DNA of 63,413 nt, the filler included. It is 7 parts of 7 records of this genome, joined end to end, with 100 filler letters (N's around TTAATTAATTAA, not from the genome) between each part and the next. Parts side by side here need not be neighbours in the genome. Positions count along the whole stretch, not along the records: positions 59,988 to 63,413 come from SRR20825010_3793; 6 more parts are not named here. One strand, 5' to 3'. Positions within the stretch are counted from its first letter, which is position 1. Every line of letters begins with the position of its first letter. Of this stretch, positions 62,547-63,413 are shown one piece after another. The translations under genes and the position numbers were made by a program. Under the pieces are notes generated by a model that had not been told where the DNA came from, made no database searches, and was given only the letters and a program-made list of their open reading frames with translations.

Positions 62547-63413
62547 ATGACGACACACGCATTTCCACTAACCGCTCTTTATGTGGCGACCGCACCCGCC
62601 GCCGCGAAGGATCTGCTAGTCGTCGTGGCCGAACCCGGCAACCTCTATGTTTTTGACACGTCCGAACCTGCCGTGATCAAGGAGCGCCCTAAGGGCACGG
62701 AAATGAGCCCGAGCTTGATCCAGATGACACCTGACGACAATCCGGCCTATGTGCCGGTCAACCGCTGGCAGGAGGTGATCGGGATCGACATCAAAACCTG
62801 TGAAAAGGTGTTCTACGTCGCCCGGCCCACGGACGAGATCTCGCGCCGGTCCATCGGCTCTTTGGCAGTCGCAGCGGATGGGTCAGAAAACTCCCCCACC
62901 AAAAAGCTGATCGACTGCAATAAGGTAGTGGAGCCGGAATTCGCAGTCTACGCCGCCAGTGGCGGGTTAGAGACAGAGCCGGTCCGCACTTATCCTGCCC
63001 GCGCCGGTCAACCGTGATGTAGACCGGCGATGACGGCACGATCGATATCGGCGCGCATGAGATCTACGACATGGACCCCGCAACCGGCACACGAGAGGTC
63101 GCCATTCCCCAATCCAGCTGGGGACCGCCCCCTGCACAGCCCGCCGACTGTTTTGGCCTTTCGGCCCATAGGCATCCAGAACGCTGGGTTCATGCTGATG
63201 TACACCGCCGCAGTCTTCAGCGACGACACGCAGACAGAACTTGCGGATTTCGTCTAAGGCTATTCCGCGGTCGATCTGGAAACCGGCGAAACAGAGGTAC
63301 AGGGTTTTGCCTCGCTTGACGTGTTGATGTTCTCTGGCGTGCGCGATCCGAACGCGGAGAACCTGCTGTACGGCGTCTACACCCAACTGTCGCAACATGA
63401 CGTGGACACCAGA
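62547..63413 (+). pseudogene. qhpB: Quinohemoprotein amine dehydrogenase beta subunit pseudogene
   Basis: Segments in different frames (PGNLYVFD, GIDIKTC, PVRTYPA, IYDMDPATG, DRPLHSPP.VLAF, AVDLETG, LYGVY) follow the beta-propeller subunit in order; frameshifts and a TAA at 63255. Confidence 0.8.

Overview
This window is not one locus. It is seven separate contigs joined by 100-nt artificial linkers (N-run + TTAATTAATTAA + N-run), so neighbourhoods are only valid within a contig. (1) 1-20249: a complete N-type ATPase operon atpDCQRBEFAG (- strand) is divergent from kdpFABC-kdpDE, which has an extra unannotated 27-aa membrane peptide; clade I nosR-nosZ follows. FNR/DNR/NnrR-type boxes sit at class II spacing upstream of both the N-ATPase and nosR. 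(2) 20350-24981: a Rhizobiales-type segment with yciI, EVE, a methyltransferase, DUF1761, an HTH regulator, sulP, yciB and ftsY. (3) 25082-42305: a catabolic/transport region with a LivM-LivG-LivF fusion, ALDH, SDR, two TAXI-TRAP systems, and ligI/ligU protocatechuate 4,5-cleavage genes. (4) 42406-47766: matB, a hybrid histidine kinase/LuxR pair, a Gly/Pro-rich orphan and ileS. (5) 47867-55386: type VI secretion genes vasH-vasI-tssA-tssM and a probable vgrG start. (6) 55487-59887: a glycine riboswitch fragment, PilZ, a nitronate-monooxygenase-family gene, bfr/bfd and acyl-CoA genes. (7) 59988-63413: FAD monooxygenase, DUF2783, MarR, VOC and a heavily decayed quinohemoprotein amine dehydrogenase (qhp) cluster. 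The best candidate for something undescribed is a 5' leader at 56419-56546 made of three tandem 35-nt covarying GNRA-capped hairpins. All functional calls come from motif recognition by eye; no searches were run.
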